Source: Mobula hypostoma (lineage: Eukaryota). From it: 64,000 bases of DNA. Positions 50,897 to 61,837 of the stretch are shown here, in pieces (position 1 is the first letter of the stretch; each line of letters begins with the position of its first letter). Below the pieces are notes generated by a model that worked only from the letters and a program-made list of their open reading frames with translations, ran no database searches and had not been told where the DNA came from. The stretch is from assembly GCF_963921235.1 (NCBI RefSeq), contig NC_086125.1, forward strand, positions 14,880,001 to 14,944,000, written 5' to 3'. The translations under genes were made by a program, and so were the position numbers.

Positions 50897-53866
50897 TGTC
50901 ATGGTCCGGTCTGTCATTCTTTATTCCAGGTTTTCCAGTTTTCCCTTGTCCTGTTGTGTGCCTTAATTGAGACACATGATTCCCATTTTGGGCTGGCTAT
51001 GTAAACAGCTCCTGGGTTCAGCTTCAGTTGCTGGACTGTTCCCTCCCCTTTCCCCTTCCTTCTGAAGCCTCGCCTGCTACCTTTGCCTGAAGCGTCGCCT
51101 GCTACCTTCGCCTGTGTCCTCGCCTGTAACACCATCAAGTTCAACTGCCAGGGCAAGATCGGGGCCTTGCTGTGTCTAGATAAGGAACTGTCTTTCATTA
51201 TTTGATACTGTCGCTTTGTGTCCTCACCTTTGCTAGGTCAGTCCGGCCGTTTGCTGCTACCTTGAGTTGGGAACCGTCTGTGTCCATGCCTTCACTAGGT
51301 AGGTCTGGCCATTTGCTGTTACCTTGTGTTGGGAACCGTCTCTGTGCCTACACCTTCGCTAAGTGGGTCTGGCCATTTGCCACTACCTTGTGTTGGGAAC
51401 CGTCTCTTCATGTTCAGCATTCTCTGTATGAGTCCTGGCTCTACGTCCTATTCCCAAGGACGTGTCCAGGTTATGTGTTCCATGTTCCTGTCTCTCAAGA
51501 CCAAGGCTCTGTTTTCTGCGTTCCTGTCTCCCAAGATTACCAAGGCTCTGTTTTCTGCGTTCCTGTCTCCCAAGATTACCAAGGCTCTGTGTTTTGTTTC
51601 CTGTTCTCCCAAGACCAAGTCAAGGCTTTGGGTTCTCGTCCTGTCCATGTGCCTCATCCTGTACAGAAGTTCCACATCCAGTCCTGTAGCTACGTCCAGT
51701 CCTGGCTCTATGTTCCATGTTCCTGTCTCTCAAGGCCAAGGCTCTATGTTCTGCGATCCTGTCTTCCAAGATTACCAAGGTTCTGTGTTCTGCGTTCCTG
51801 TCTCCCTCCACCAAGGCTCTGCGTTCCTGTCTTCTCAGGACCAAGTCAAGGCTTTGTGTTCTCGTCCTGTCCATGTGCCTTGTCCAGCCCAGGAGTACCT
51901 CGCCCAGCCTGGTGCTGGTGTTCCCTCATCTTTCCAGGAGTCTCACGTCCAGTCCTGTTGCCACTCCTCATCCTGTAGCCACATCTTTTCCTCACCTAGA
52001 TCCGGGGTCCAAGCCTGAGTCAAGACCCAGGTTCCGGGTCCCTGTCCAGTCTTTGGCTCGGAGTCCTTGTCCAGGTTCCAAGTTCCTAATTCCTCGTCCA
52101 GGTCCCGCTTTCCAAGTCTAGTCCTAGTCCAGGCCCTGTATCCTAGCCACGTCCAGGGCCTGTGTCTTGTCGAGCGTCATTTCTTTCCCACTTCCCTTGC
52201 TTGCTTGACGCACCTAGTACTGTTCCTAATATGTCAGTGTCTGTGTCTTGCATTTGGATCCACTTCCAGCGCCCCCCGTATGACAGAACAGTCCAGTCAA
52301 ATATGGATCCTGTGACACAGACACTGTTGTTTTACTCTTGCCATCCTGGGTTCCCTCCAGTTGAATGCCCCCCACCACCTGCTTGCGCTGTCCTTTGTCC
52401 TGGAGAACCTGTTAGGTCGCCAGGAGGCTCCCATAGAGGGAGGGGTGGGGTATTGTCATGGTACGGTCCATGAAGTCCACATTCTGGTTCACGGTCCAGT
52501 CCATTCTTCCTTATTCCAGGTTTTCCAGTTTCCCTTGTCCTGTTGTGTGCCTTAATTGAGGCACACGGTTCCCATTTTGGTCTGGCTACATAAATAGCTC
52601 CTGGGTTCAGCTTCAGTTGCTGGACTGTTTCCTCCTCTTCCCCTTTGGCCTGAAGCCTCGCCTGCTACCTTCTCCTGAAGCCTCGCCTGCTACCTTCATC
52701 TGTGTCCTCGCCTGTAACACCGTGAGGTTCAACTGCCAGGGCAAGATGGGGCCTGCTGTGTCTAGATAAGGAACTATTTTTTGTTGTTTGGAACTGTCCC
52801 TTTGTGTCCTTGCCTTCGCTAAGTATGTCCGGCCATTTGCCGCTACCTTGAGTTGGGAACTGTCTCTGTGTCCACGCCTTCACTGGGTAGGTCCAGCCAT
52901 TTGCCGCTACATTGAGTTGGAAACTGTCTCTGTGGACACGCCTTCGCTAGGTAGATCCAGCCGTTTGCCGTTACCTTGAGTTAGGAACTGTCTCTGTGTC
53001 CACGCCTTCGCTAGGTAGGTCCGGCTGTTTGCCGCTACCTTGTTTTGGGGACCATCTCGTTGTGTTCAGCATTCTGTGTATGAGTCCCGGCCCTACATCC
53101 TGTTCCTAAGGAGGGGTCCCGGCCCTACGTACTGTTCCTAAGGAGCGGTCCCGGCTCTGTGTTCTGCGTTCCTGTCTCCCAAGATTACCAAGGCTCTGTG
53201 TTCTGTTTCCTGTTCTCCCAAGACCAAGTCAAGGCTTTGGGTTCTCGTCCTGTTCATATGTTTCATCCTGTGCAGGAGTTCCACATCCAGTCCTGCAGCC
53301 ACATCCAGTCCTGCCTCTGTGTTCCATGTTCCTGTCTCTCAAGACCAAGGCTCTGTGTTCTGCGTTCCTATCTCCCAAGATTGCCAAGGCTCTGTGTTCC
53401 TGTCTCCCTCAACCAAGGCTCTGCATTCCAGTCCTCTCAAGACCAAGTCAAGGCTTCATATTCTTGTCCTGACCATGTGCCTCGTCCAGCCCAGGAGTAC
53501 CTCGCCCAGCCCGGTGCTGGGATTCCCTCGTCCTGTCCAGTCCTGTTGCCACTCCTCGTCCAGTAGCCACGTCTTGTTCTCACCTAGATCTGGGATCCGA
53601 GCCTGAGTCAAGAGCCGGGTCCCTGTCCAGTCTCTGGCTTGGAGTCCTTGTCCAGGTTCCAGGTTCTTAGTTCCTCGTCCAGGTCCCACTTTCCTAGTCT
53701 AGTCCTAGTCCAGTCCCTGTATCCTAGACTCGTCCAGGGCCTGTGTCTTGTCCAGCGTCGTTTCTTCCCTACTTCCCTTGCTTGCTTGACGCACCTAGTC
53801 CTGTTCCCAGTGCTTCAGTGTCTGTGTCTTGTATTTGTGTCCGCTCCCAGTGTCCCCCTTATGACA
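50897..53866 (+). mobile_element. Non-autonomous Gypsy element: LTR 50897-52285, 168-bp interior, LTR 52454-53866
   Basis: Both LTRs TGTCATGG...ATGACA; TSD CAGCA/CAGCC; interior starts GAACAGTCCAGTCAAATATGGATCCT and ends in PPT AGAGGGAGGGGTGGGG; empty site in the other units. Confidence 0.9.
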
Positions 53867-54324
53867 CAGCCGCGTCATGGTTTCTGGGTGTCATGGCTTT
53901 TAGCAAACCTCTTCAACCTATGTACTATTTTACAGTGACCAGATAGTCTGTGGTCATCATGGACACTGGTTAATCACCAGGAAACTTCTGTGACAAATCC
54001 TTGAGCATGCATTAAGGCTCTATTGAACGAAACTTTGATGTTGCAAGAAACCGGTCTACCTATGTTGTTGGGCATGAATCCAGAGGCAGGGCTTGAATGT
54101 ACATTGTTCTGTCTTGGTGGCCTCCAGCATCCCTAGTGCTGGTGAATGACTTCATTTTGAGGAAGTTCTGAATACTTCATTAGTACCAGCTTTGGACAGA
54201 ATGGTGCACCTTCTGAGGGTAATTTTTACATCTGTGCTCCATCTGACAATGAACATCTCTGTGACAACAGGTGTGAAGCCACCAGTCTGAAAGTATGTAC
54301 CGGGCAGCACTTTCTGACTCCTGG

Positions 54325-55032
54325 TCAGAAAAATGGTTTTCTTTCATGAAATCCAAGACCTATTTGGAGGTATTTTGTTTTATCCAAAACTGCGGTTGAA
54401 CATGAGGAACAGAGACTAGAAGGTGCATATCTCCGATTGCCACACGTTCTCAAATATGTTCAAGTTGAGAACAGGGTGCTAAGGAGCTATCAAACTCAGG
54501 GAGAGTTTCATTCTGATAACAGGATGGAGATCACCAACAACTTGAAAAGCTGAATCCTATTTCACATCAGTGGAGGTATGGTCATTGAGTATTCTTTTAG
54601 TTCCACTGCAGGAGGAATTCACCCCACCTTCAGATTAAGAGATAATATGATGGAGGTGATAAGATGTTGATGGGGTGGTGGGGAGAAAGGGATAGGACAA
54701 TGTTGTTCCTTACCCTGAACTTACCTGAGCAAATGATACCTTGGGTCTTTTGTGTGTAACTGTCTAGAACTTGGAGGAGCTCCACTCCCAATGCAATTTT
54801 AATCTGCACCCTGCTGTGGTTGAGGGGTCTTTATTTGTTGTTTAGTTTAAATATCCTGGTGTCCACAACAATATTCTGCTCCTCAGTCAGTATTCCATGT
54901 GTAAAGTGGGAAACGATGACTCTGTCTTGCGGTTTGAATGACATTTTCCCGTACATTTTGCATGTGTCACATCCAACCAGAAGAGCATTTCAGCGATAAA
55001 ATCCCCATTAGGTCATCTGCAGTCTCCTGCTG
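54325..55032 (+). pseudogene. Truncated lectin paralogue, array unit 3
   Basis: Same colinear blocks; TM remnant 54981-55032. Confidence 0.75.
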
Positions 55033-55044
55033 TCCAGAAGATTG

Positions 55045-55365
55045 ACTTTTTCAGCATAAGGTGTATTTATGACACAAGTTAAAAGGTAACCAGTATAACA
55101 CTACTGAGGCTTCGTATGTGATGAGACCTAGGTCTGGCACGGAGTTCAACAGAGTCACAGCCGGTGGGAAGAAACTGTTTCGCTCCTAACAGTGTTTGGC
55201 CTAATGCTATGGTACCTCCTGATTAATGGTGGGGGTCAAAGAGTTTGTGGGATGGATGGGAGAGATGCTTGACATTGCTAAAGGCCCTGCATTTGCAGCA
55301 CCCCTGATAAATAACTTGGATGAGTAGAAGAGAGACCCTGCTGATCCTTCCAGCAAACCTCGCAA
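55045..55365 (-). mobile_element. Rex1/Babar 3' fragment, present in every array unit (also near 44530, 49035, 58470, 61850)
   Basis: Reverse complement reads SNVKHLSHPSHKLFDP...RYHSIR...NSFFP; it abuts the TM-exon remnant. Confidence 0.7.
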
Positions 55366-55597
55366 TCCTTTTTAGGGCCTTACTCAGTCATATACCATAA
55401 ATATCAGGAAAATATGTAGTATTGAGGAACTGTAAAATAAAAGTTCGCATATCCTTGATTGTGGCAATCAAGCAGGTGATGTGGTTTGGGAGGTGTATGG
55501 AATACTGGCCATTAATCAGGAAACTGAATACAGTTTGTGGTGAGGTTTTATAAAACTTTGTTCATATTTCATGCATTATGGTCACTATGTCAACTGC

Positions 55598-55790
55598 AGA
55601 GGGCAGCATGGTAGCGTAGTGGTGAGCACAATGATTTTCAGTACCAACGACCCAGGTGCAATTCCTGCTGCCGCCTGTGAGCGGTTTGTATGTTACCTCC
55701 ATTCGTTTTGTCTCACTGTCCAAAGACCTACAGGTTAGAAGGCTAATTGGTCATGGTTGGGATTGAAGGGAGGCAAGGCTCAAAGGCTGC
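55598..55790 (+). mobile_element. tRNA-derived SINE, present in every array unit (also near 46362, 49538, 58962, 62415)
   Basis: GGCAGCATGGTAGCGTAGTGG A-box region and GG(T/G)TCAA(A/T)TCC-like B box. Confidence 0.7.
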
Positions 55791-55958
55791 TGTTGTATCT
55801 CAATAATAAAAAAATGTTGCCTGGGATAGAGCAATTCATTTGTGAATGGAGACCTGACACAACATACCTATCTTCCCTGGAGTAGATGATGTGAAAAGAT
55901 AAGGTACATAAAGTTATGAAGCATATAGATAGGGCAGGCTGTAGGAAACATGTACCTA

Positions 55959-56277
55959 CGAGGGGTGATTGATAAGTTCATAGCCTAAGGTAGGAGGAGT
56001 CAGTTTTAGAAAACCTAGCAAATTTATTTTTCAACATAGTCCCCTCCTACATGTACACATTTCGTCCAGCGGTCTTAGAGCATACGGATCCCTTCTTTGT
56101 AGAAGGGGTCCACAGCAGGGGTGATTCATAAGTTTGTGGCCGAAGGTAGAAAGAGATGAGTTATACAGCTCTCGTTATATGCATCTGCAGTTCAACTCTT
56201 TGCGTGAAAATGCAGGAAGTTTGGTTAATAACTCATCTCCTTCAAACTTAGGCAACAAACTTATCAATCACCCCTTG
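55959..56277. mobile_element. Mariner-type MITE (319 bp), private to array unit 3
   Basis: TA TSD; TIR CGAGGGGTGATTGATAAGTT / AACTTATCAATCACCCCTTG; internal TIR copy near 56117; empty site TGTACCTATATCAGAGA in other units. Confidence 0.92.
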
Positions 56278-57724
56278 TATATCAGAGATAGAGAAAACTG
56301 TATATTTAAGGTAAAGGAGAGGAAATGTAGGGTGTATCTGTTGGCAATCTTTGTCATCCAGAGAGTAGTGAGTACCTGGAATGCACTGCCTGAGATGGTT
56401 GTTGATGTTGGGCTGCTGACAAAATTAAGAAATGTCTACATGAGCATTTGAATCACTAAGGCACAAAATGTCAACGGAGCAAGTGCTACTGGATGGCATT
56501 GGTATCTAAGGGCCACAGGTCAAGTTGGTTCCATGCTGTATGGCTCCATGATTCTATGACAAGCAACTCCTTTACTGAAGTCCAGACTGAGCTGCCCAAA
56601 AGGAAGTTCAATAAGCACCAGAGAGACTGATCTGAATGTTGACCCTGAGAGAAGTGGGCTGCTGAAACTGCTCAGCTATGCATCCAGACCTGTGTGCACT
56701 AAGTGGGTGAGATTTGTTTCCTCACAAGGCTTGGGATAGGATGAATTGAAGGAGCAAAGTTGCTGTGTAGAGAATAGTTGTGGCTAAACCAATAAAATAG
56801 ATCTGGGAGGGGGATGGGTCTACCACCATTTTGCATGTGATTGCCTCTGTGACCTCAGTTGTGTTCTCATTCTGAGAGGAGTTTAAAGAGTAACACCTGT
56901 ACCTGGCTGAGACACTTAGAGACCCATGTGGTCAATTTTCTTTATACCAGGTGCTTTGGCTCTCTGCTCAATTATCATGAGCTTACACTGCAGGACTGTG
57001 GACTGAGCTGTTGGCCCTTAGCAGTGGCTAAGGATTCTCGTCTAACCTCTTGAGATGCTCTGCTGTCTCAGATCAGGGCCTGATTCAGAGTGAGGTGAGG
57101 GGCTTCAGTAATTACCGGTTCCCTCCATCACACTGAGTCATGACCTTGCTGGTGACAAGCATTCAAGATTCCAATGGGATCAGAGCCTACCTAATGACTA
57201 TTGTCAATAATTCCTGGCAAAAGAAGTTTAGGGGATCTGCTGTTCAGCTGCATTTTCATAGCAGTGTCATGTACTCTTGGTGTCATGGCTTCTAGCAAAA
57301 CCCTTCAAACTATGTAACATTTTACAGTGACCACATAGTCTGGGGTCATCATGGACACTGATTAATCAGCAGGAAACTGCTGTGAGAAATCCTTGAGCAA
57401 ACATGAAGGCTCTATTGAACAAAACTGTACTGTTACAAGAAGAGTGCATACCTATGGTATTGGGCATGCATGCAGAGGCAGGACTTAAGTGAATATTGAT
57501 CTGTATTGGTGGCCTCCAGCCTCCTTAGTGCTGGTGAGGAAGTTCTGAATGCTTCATTAGCACCAGCTTTGGACACAATGGGGCACCTTCTGAGAGTAAA
57601 TTTACATCTGTGCCCCATCTGTTAGTGAACATCTATGTACCAACAGGAGTAAAGCCGCCAGTCTGAAAGTATGTACCAGGCATAATTTTCTGACTACTTT
57701 GGGCTTCCATGTTTAAGTTATTGG

Positions 57725-58457
57725 GAAACAAAAACGTTTTTTATTATGAAATCCAGAACCTATCTGGAGGCATGTAGGTTTATCCAAAACTGCGGTTGAG
57801 CAAGAGGAACTGAGACTAGAAGGTGCATTATCTCTGATTGCCACATGTTCTCCACTACGTTCCAGTGGAGAACATGGTGCTAAAGAGTTATCAATCTCAG
57901 AGAGAGTTCCTTTCTGATAAACAGAATGGAGATCACCTTCAACTCGAAAAGCTGAATCCTGTTTCACATCAGTAGAGGAATGGTTATTGAGTATTCTTCT
58001 AGTTCCACTGAAGGAAGAATTCATCCCACCCTCAGATTAAGAGATGCCATGATGAAAGTGATGAGATGTTGATGGGGCGGGTGGGGATGGGGTGAAGGAT
58101 AGGACAATGTCGTTCCTTACCCTGAGCTTACCTGAGCAGATGATATTTTGGGTCTGTTGTGTGTAACTGTCTAGAACTTGCAGGAGCTCCACTCCCAGTG
58201 CAATTTTAATCTGCTCTCTGCTGCGGTTGATGGTTCTTTCTTTGAAGTGATATGTGTCGTTTAGTTTCGATATCCTAGTGTCCACAGCAATGTCCTGCTG
58301 CTCTGTCAGTTCTCCATGTGTTAAGTGGGAAATGATTCTGGGTGATTCTCTCTTGTGGTCTGAATGACATTTTCTCTTGCATGTTGCATGTGTCAAGTCC
58401 GAGCAGAAGTGAACTTCAGAGATAACATCCCCTCAGGTCAGCTACAGTCTCCTGCTG
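57725..58457 (+). pseudogene. Truncated lectin paralogue, array unit 4
   Basis: Same colinear blocks; TM remnant 58407-58457. Confidence 0.75.
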
Positions 58458-60119
58458 TCCAGAAGATTGACTCTTTCAGCACAGGGTGTATTTATGTCAC
58501 AAATTAGAAAGTTACCTGTAACCAGAGGCTTCATATATGAGGAGACCTGGGTGTGGCAGGGAGTTCAATAGACTCATGGCCGGGGGGAAGAAACTGTTTC
58601 CCTCCTAGCAGTGCCTGTGTTAATGCTATGGTACCTGCTGTCTGATGGTAGGAAGTCAAAGAGTTTTCGGGTGGGATGGGAGGGATGCTTGACATTGCTA
58701 AAGGCCGTTTACTTGTAGCACCCCTGATAAATATCCTGAATGGGTGGAAGAGACCATAAATATCAGAACAGCATGTACTATTGAGAAACAGAGGAACTGT
58801 AAAATGTAAGTCCACATATCCATGAATGTGGCAAACAAGCAGGTGATGTGGTTTGGGAGGTGTATGGGATACTGGCCATTAATCAAAAAACTGAATACAG
58901 GTTTAGTGAAGTTTTATAATACTTTGTTCGTATTTCATGCATCATGGTCACTGTCAGTGTGCAGAGGGCAGCATAGGAGCATAGTCGTTATCACGACGGC
59001 TTTCAGTACCAGTGACCCAGGACAATTCCCGCTGCTGCCTATAAGGAGTTTGTATGTTATCTCCATACGTTTCATCTCACTGTCCAAATGCATACCGGTT
59101 AGAAAGCTAATTGGTCATTGTTGGGATTGTTGGGAGGCAAGGCTCAAAGGCTGCCGTTGTATCTCAATAATAAAAAAAAAGTTGCCTGGGATAGAGCAAC
59201 TCATTTGTGAATAGAGACCTGGAACAACATATCTATTTTCCCTGGAGTAGATGATGTGAATAGATAAGGTACATAAAGTTATGAAGCCTATAGATAGGGC
59301 AGGCTGTAGGAAACATGTACCTATATCAGAGAGAGAGAGAAAACTATATATTTAAGGTAAAGGAGTGGAAATGTAGAGTGTAACTGTTGGACATGTTTGT
59401 CATCCAGAGAGTAGTGAGTACCTGGAATGCACTTACTGGGAAATTTGTTGATGTTGTTGATGAGCATTTGAATCACTAAGGCACAAAGATATCAATGGAA
59501 CAAGTGCTGCTGGATGTCATTGGTATCTAAGGGCCACAGGTCAGAGGTCAAGTTGGTTCCATGGTGTACGGCTCCATGATTCTATGGCAAGCAGCTCAGC
59601 AACAGAAGTCCAGACTGAGCTTGTGTCGCTGCCCAAAAGGAAGTTCAATAAGCACCAGAGAGACTTATCTGAAGGTTGACCCTGAACATTTTTTTATTAT
59701 TGAGATACAGCAGCAGCCTTTGAGACACTCAGGGCCCCATGTGGTCAATTTTCTTTATAGCAGGTCCTTTGGCTCTCTGCTCGATTATCATGAGGTTACA
59801 CTGGTGGACTGTGGACTGAGCTGTTGGCCCTTAGCAGTGGCTAAGGATTCTCGACCAACCTCTTGAGATGCTCTGCTATCTCAGAGCAGGGCCTGTTTCA
59901 GAGTGAGGCATGGGGTTTCATTAATTACCAGTTTCCTCCATCACACAGAGACTTGACCTTGCTAGCTTCAAGCACTCATGCGTCCATTGGGTTCAGAGTC
60001 TACCTAATGACTATTGTCAATAATTCCTGGCAAATACGTTTAGGGGATCCGCTCTTTAGCTGCATTTTCATAGCAGTGTCATGGTTTCTGGGTGTCATGG
60101 CTTTTAGCAAACCCCTTCA

Positions 60120-60682
60120 CTTGGAGTACTGTGGGCAGTTTTGGTCTCCTTATTTAAGAAAGGATGTGCTGACGTTAGAGAGGGTACAGAGAAGATTCAC
60201 TAGAATGATTCCCAGAATGAGAGGGTTAACATATGAGGAATGTTTGTCCGCTCTTGGACTGTATTCCTTGGAGTTTGGAAGAATGAGGGGAGACCTCATA
60301 GAAACATTTCGAATGTTGAAAGGCATGGACAGAGTGGATGTGGCAAAGTTGTTTCCCATGATGGGGGAGTCTAGTACGAGAGGGCATGAGTTAAAGATTG
60401 AAGGGCGCCCATTCAGAACAGAAATGTGAAGAAGTTTTTTTAAGTCAGAGGGTGGTGAATCTATGGAATTTGTTGCCACGGGCGGCAGTGGAGGCCAAGT
60501 CATTGGGTGTATTTAAGGCAGAGATTGATAGGTATCTGAGTAGCCAGAGCATCAAAGGTTATGGTGAGAAGGCGGGGGAGTGGGACAAAATGGGAGAATG
60601 GATCAGCTCATGATAAAATGGCAGAGCAGACTCGACGGGTCGAATGGCCGACTTCTGCTCCTTTCTCTTATGGTCTTATGGT
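60120..60682 (+). mobile_element. CR1 3' fragment, private to array unit 4
   Basis: LEYCGQFWSPYLRKD...RMRGDLIETF; tail (TATGGTCT)n; CTTCA duplicated at the ends. Confidence 0.92.
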
Positions 60683-61104
60683 CTTCAACCTCTGCAACAT
60701 TTTACAGTGACCAGATAGTCTGCAGTCATCATGGACACTGGTTAATCACTAGGAAACTGCTGTGACAAACCTTTGAGCAAACATAAAGGCTCTATTGAAC
60801 AAAGCCGTTCTCCTGAAAGAAGAGCGCCTACCTGTGTTGTTGGACATGCATCTAGAGGCAGGGCTTGAATGTACATTGCTCTTTCTTGGTGGCCTCCAGC
60901 CCCCTTAGTGCTGGTGAGTGACTTCATTTTCAGGAAGTTCTGAATACTTCATTAGCACCAGCTTTGGACACAATGGTGCACCTTCTTAGGGTGTGCCTCA
61001 TCTGACAACGAGCATCTATGTGCCAACAGGTGTGAAGCCACCAGTCAGAAAGTACATGCTGGGCAGCATTTTCTGACTCCTTGACCCCCCCGTTTAAGTT
61101 ATTA

Positions 61105-61837
61105 GGAAGCAAAAATGGTTTTCTCTCATGAAATCCAGAAACTATTTGTAGGTATGTTGATTTATCCAAATCTGCGGCTGTGCATGAGGAACTGGGACTA
61201 GAAGGTGCATATCTCTGATTGCCACATGTTTTCCAATATGTTGCTGTTGAGAACATGGTGATAAGGAGTTATCAAACTCAGAGTTTCATTCTGATGAACA
61301 GATTGGAGATCATCATCAACTTGAAAAGCTGAATCCTGTTTCACATTAGTGGAGGAATGGTTATTGAGTCTTCTTCTAGTTCCACTGAAGGATGAATTCA
61401 TCCCATCCTCAGATTAAGAGATGCCATGATGAAAGTGATGAGATTTTGATGGGGCAGGTGGGGATGGGGTGATGGATAGGACAATGTTGTTCCTTACCCT
61501 GAACTTACCTGAGCAGATGATATTTTGGGTCTGTTGTGTGTAACTGTCTAGAACATGGAGGAGCTCCACTGCCTGTGCAATTTTAATCCTCATCCTTCTG
61601 TGGTTGAAGGTTCTTTCTTTGAAGTGATATGAGTTGTTTTGTTTAAATACATAGGTGTCCATAACAATATCCTACTCCTCTGTCAGTTCTCCATATGTAA
61701 AGTAGGAAATGGTGAGCCTGGATGTTTCTGTCTTCTGGTCTAAATGACATTTCCTCTTAAATTTTTCATGTGTCATGTCCAACCAGAAGAGTACCTCAGA
61801 GATAAAATCCTCGTCAGGTCATGTACAGTCTCCTGAT
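61105..61837 (+). pseudogene. Truncated lectin paralogue, array unit 5
   Basis: Same colinear blocks; TM remnant 61787-61837. Confidence 0.75.

Noticed and set aside
51202-53946. Long repetitive ORFs (up to 258 aa), also at 37621-39015
   Set aside because: They lie inside LTR sub-repeats, are open in several frames at once, and carry no protein motifs.
59863-60429. 188-aa chimeric ORF
   Set aside because: Chance in-frame fusion of array sequence with the private CR1 insertion; TTG start.
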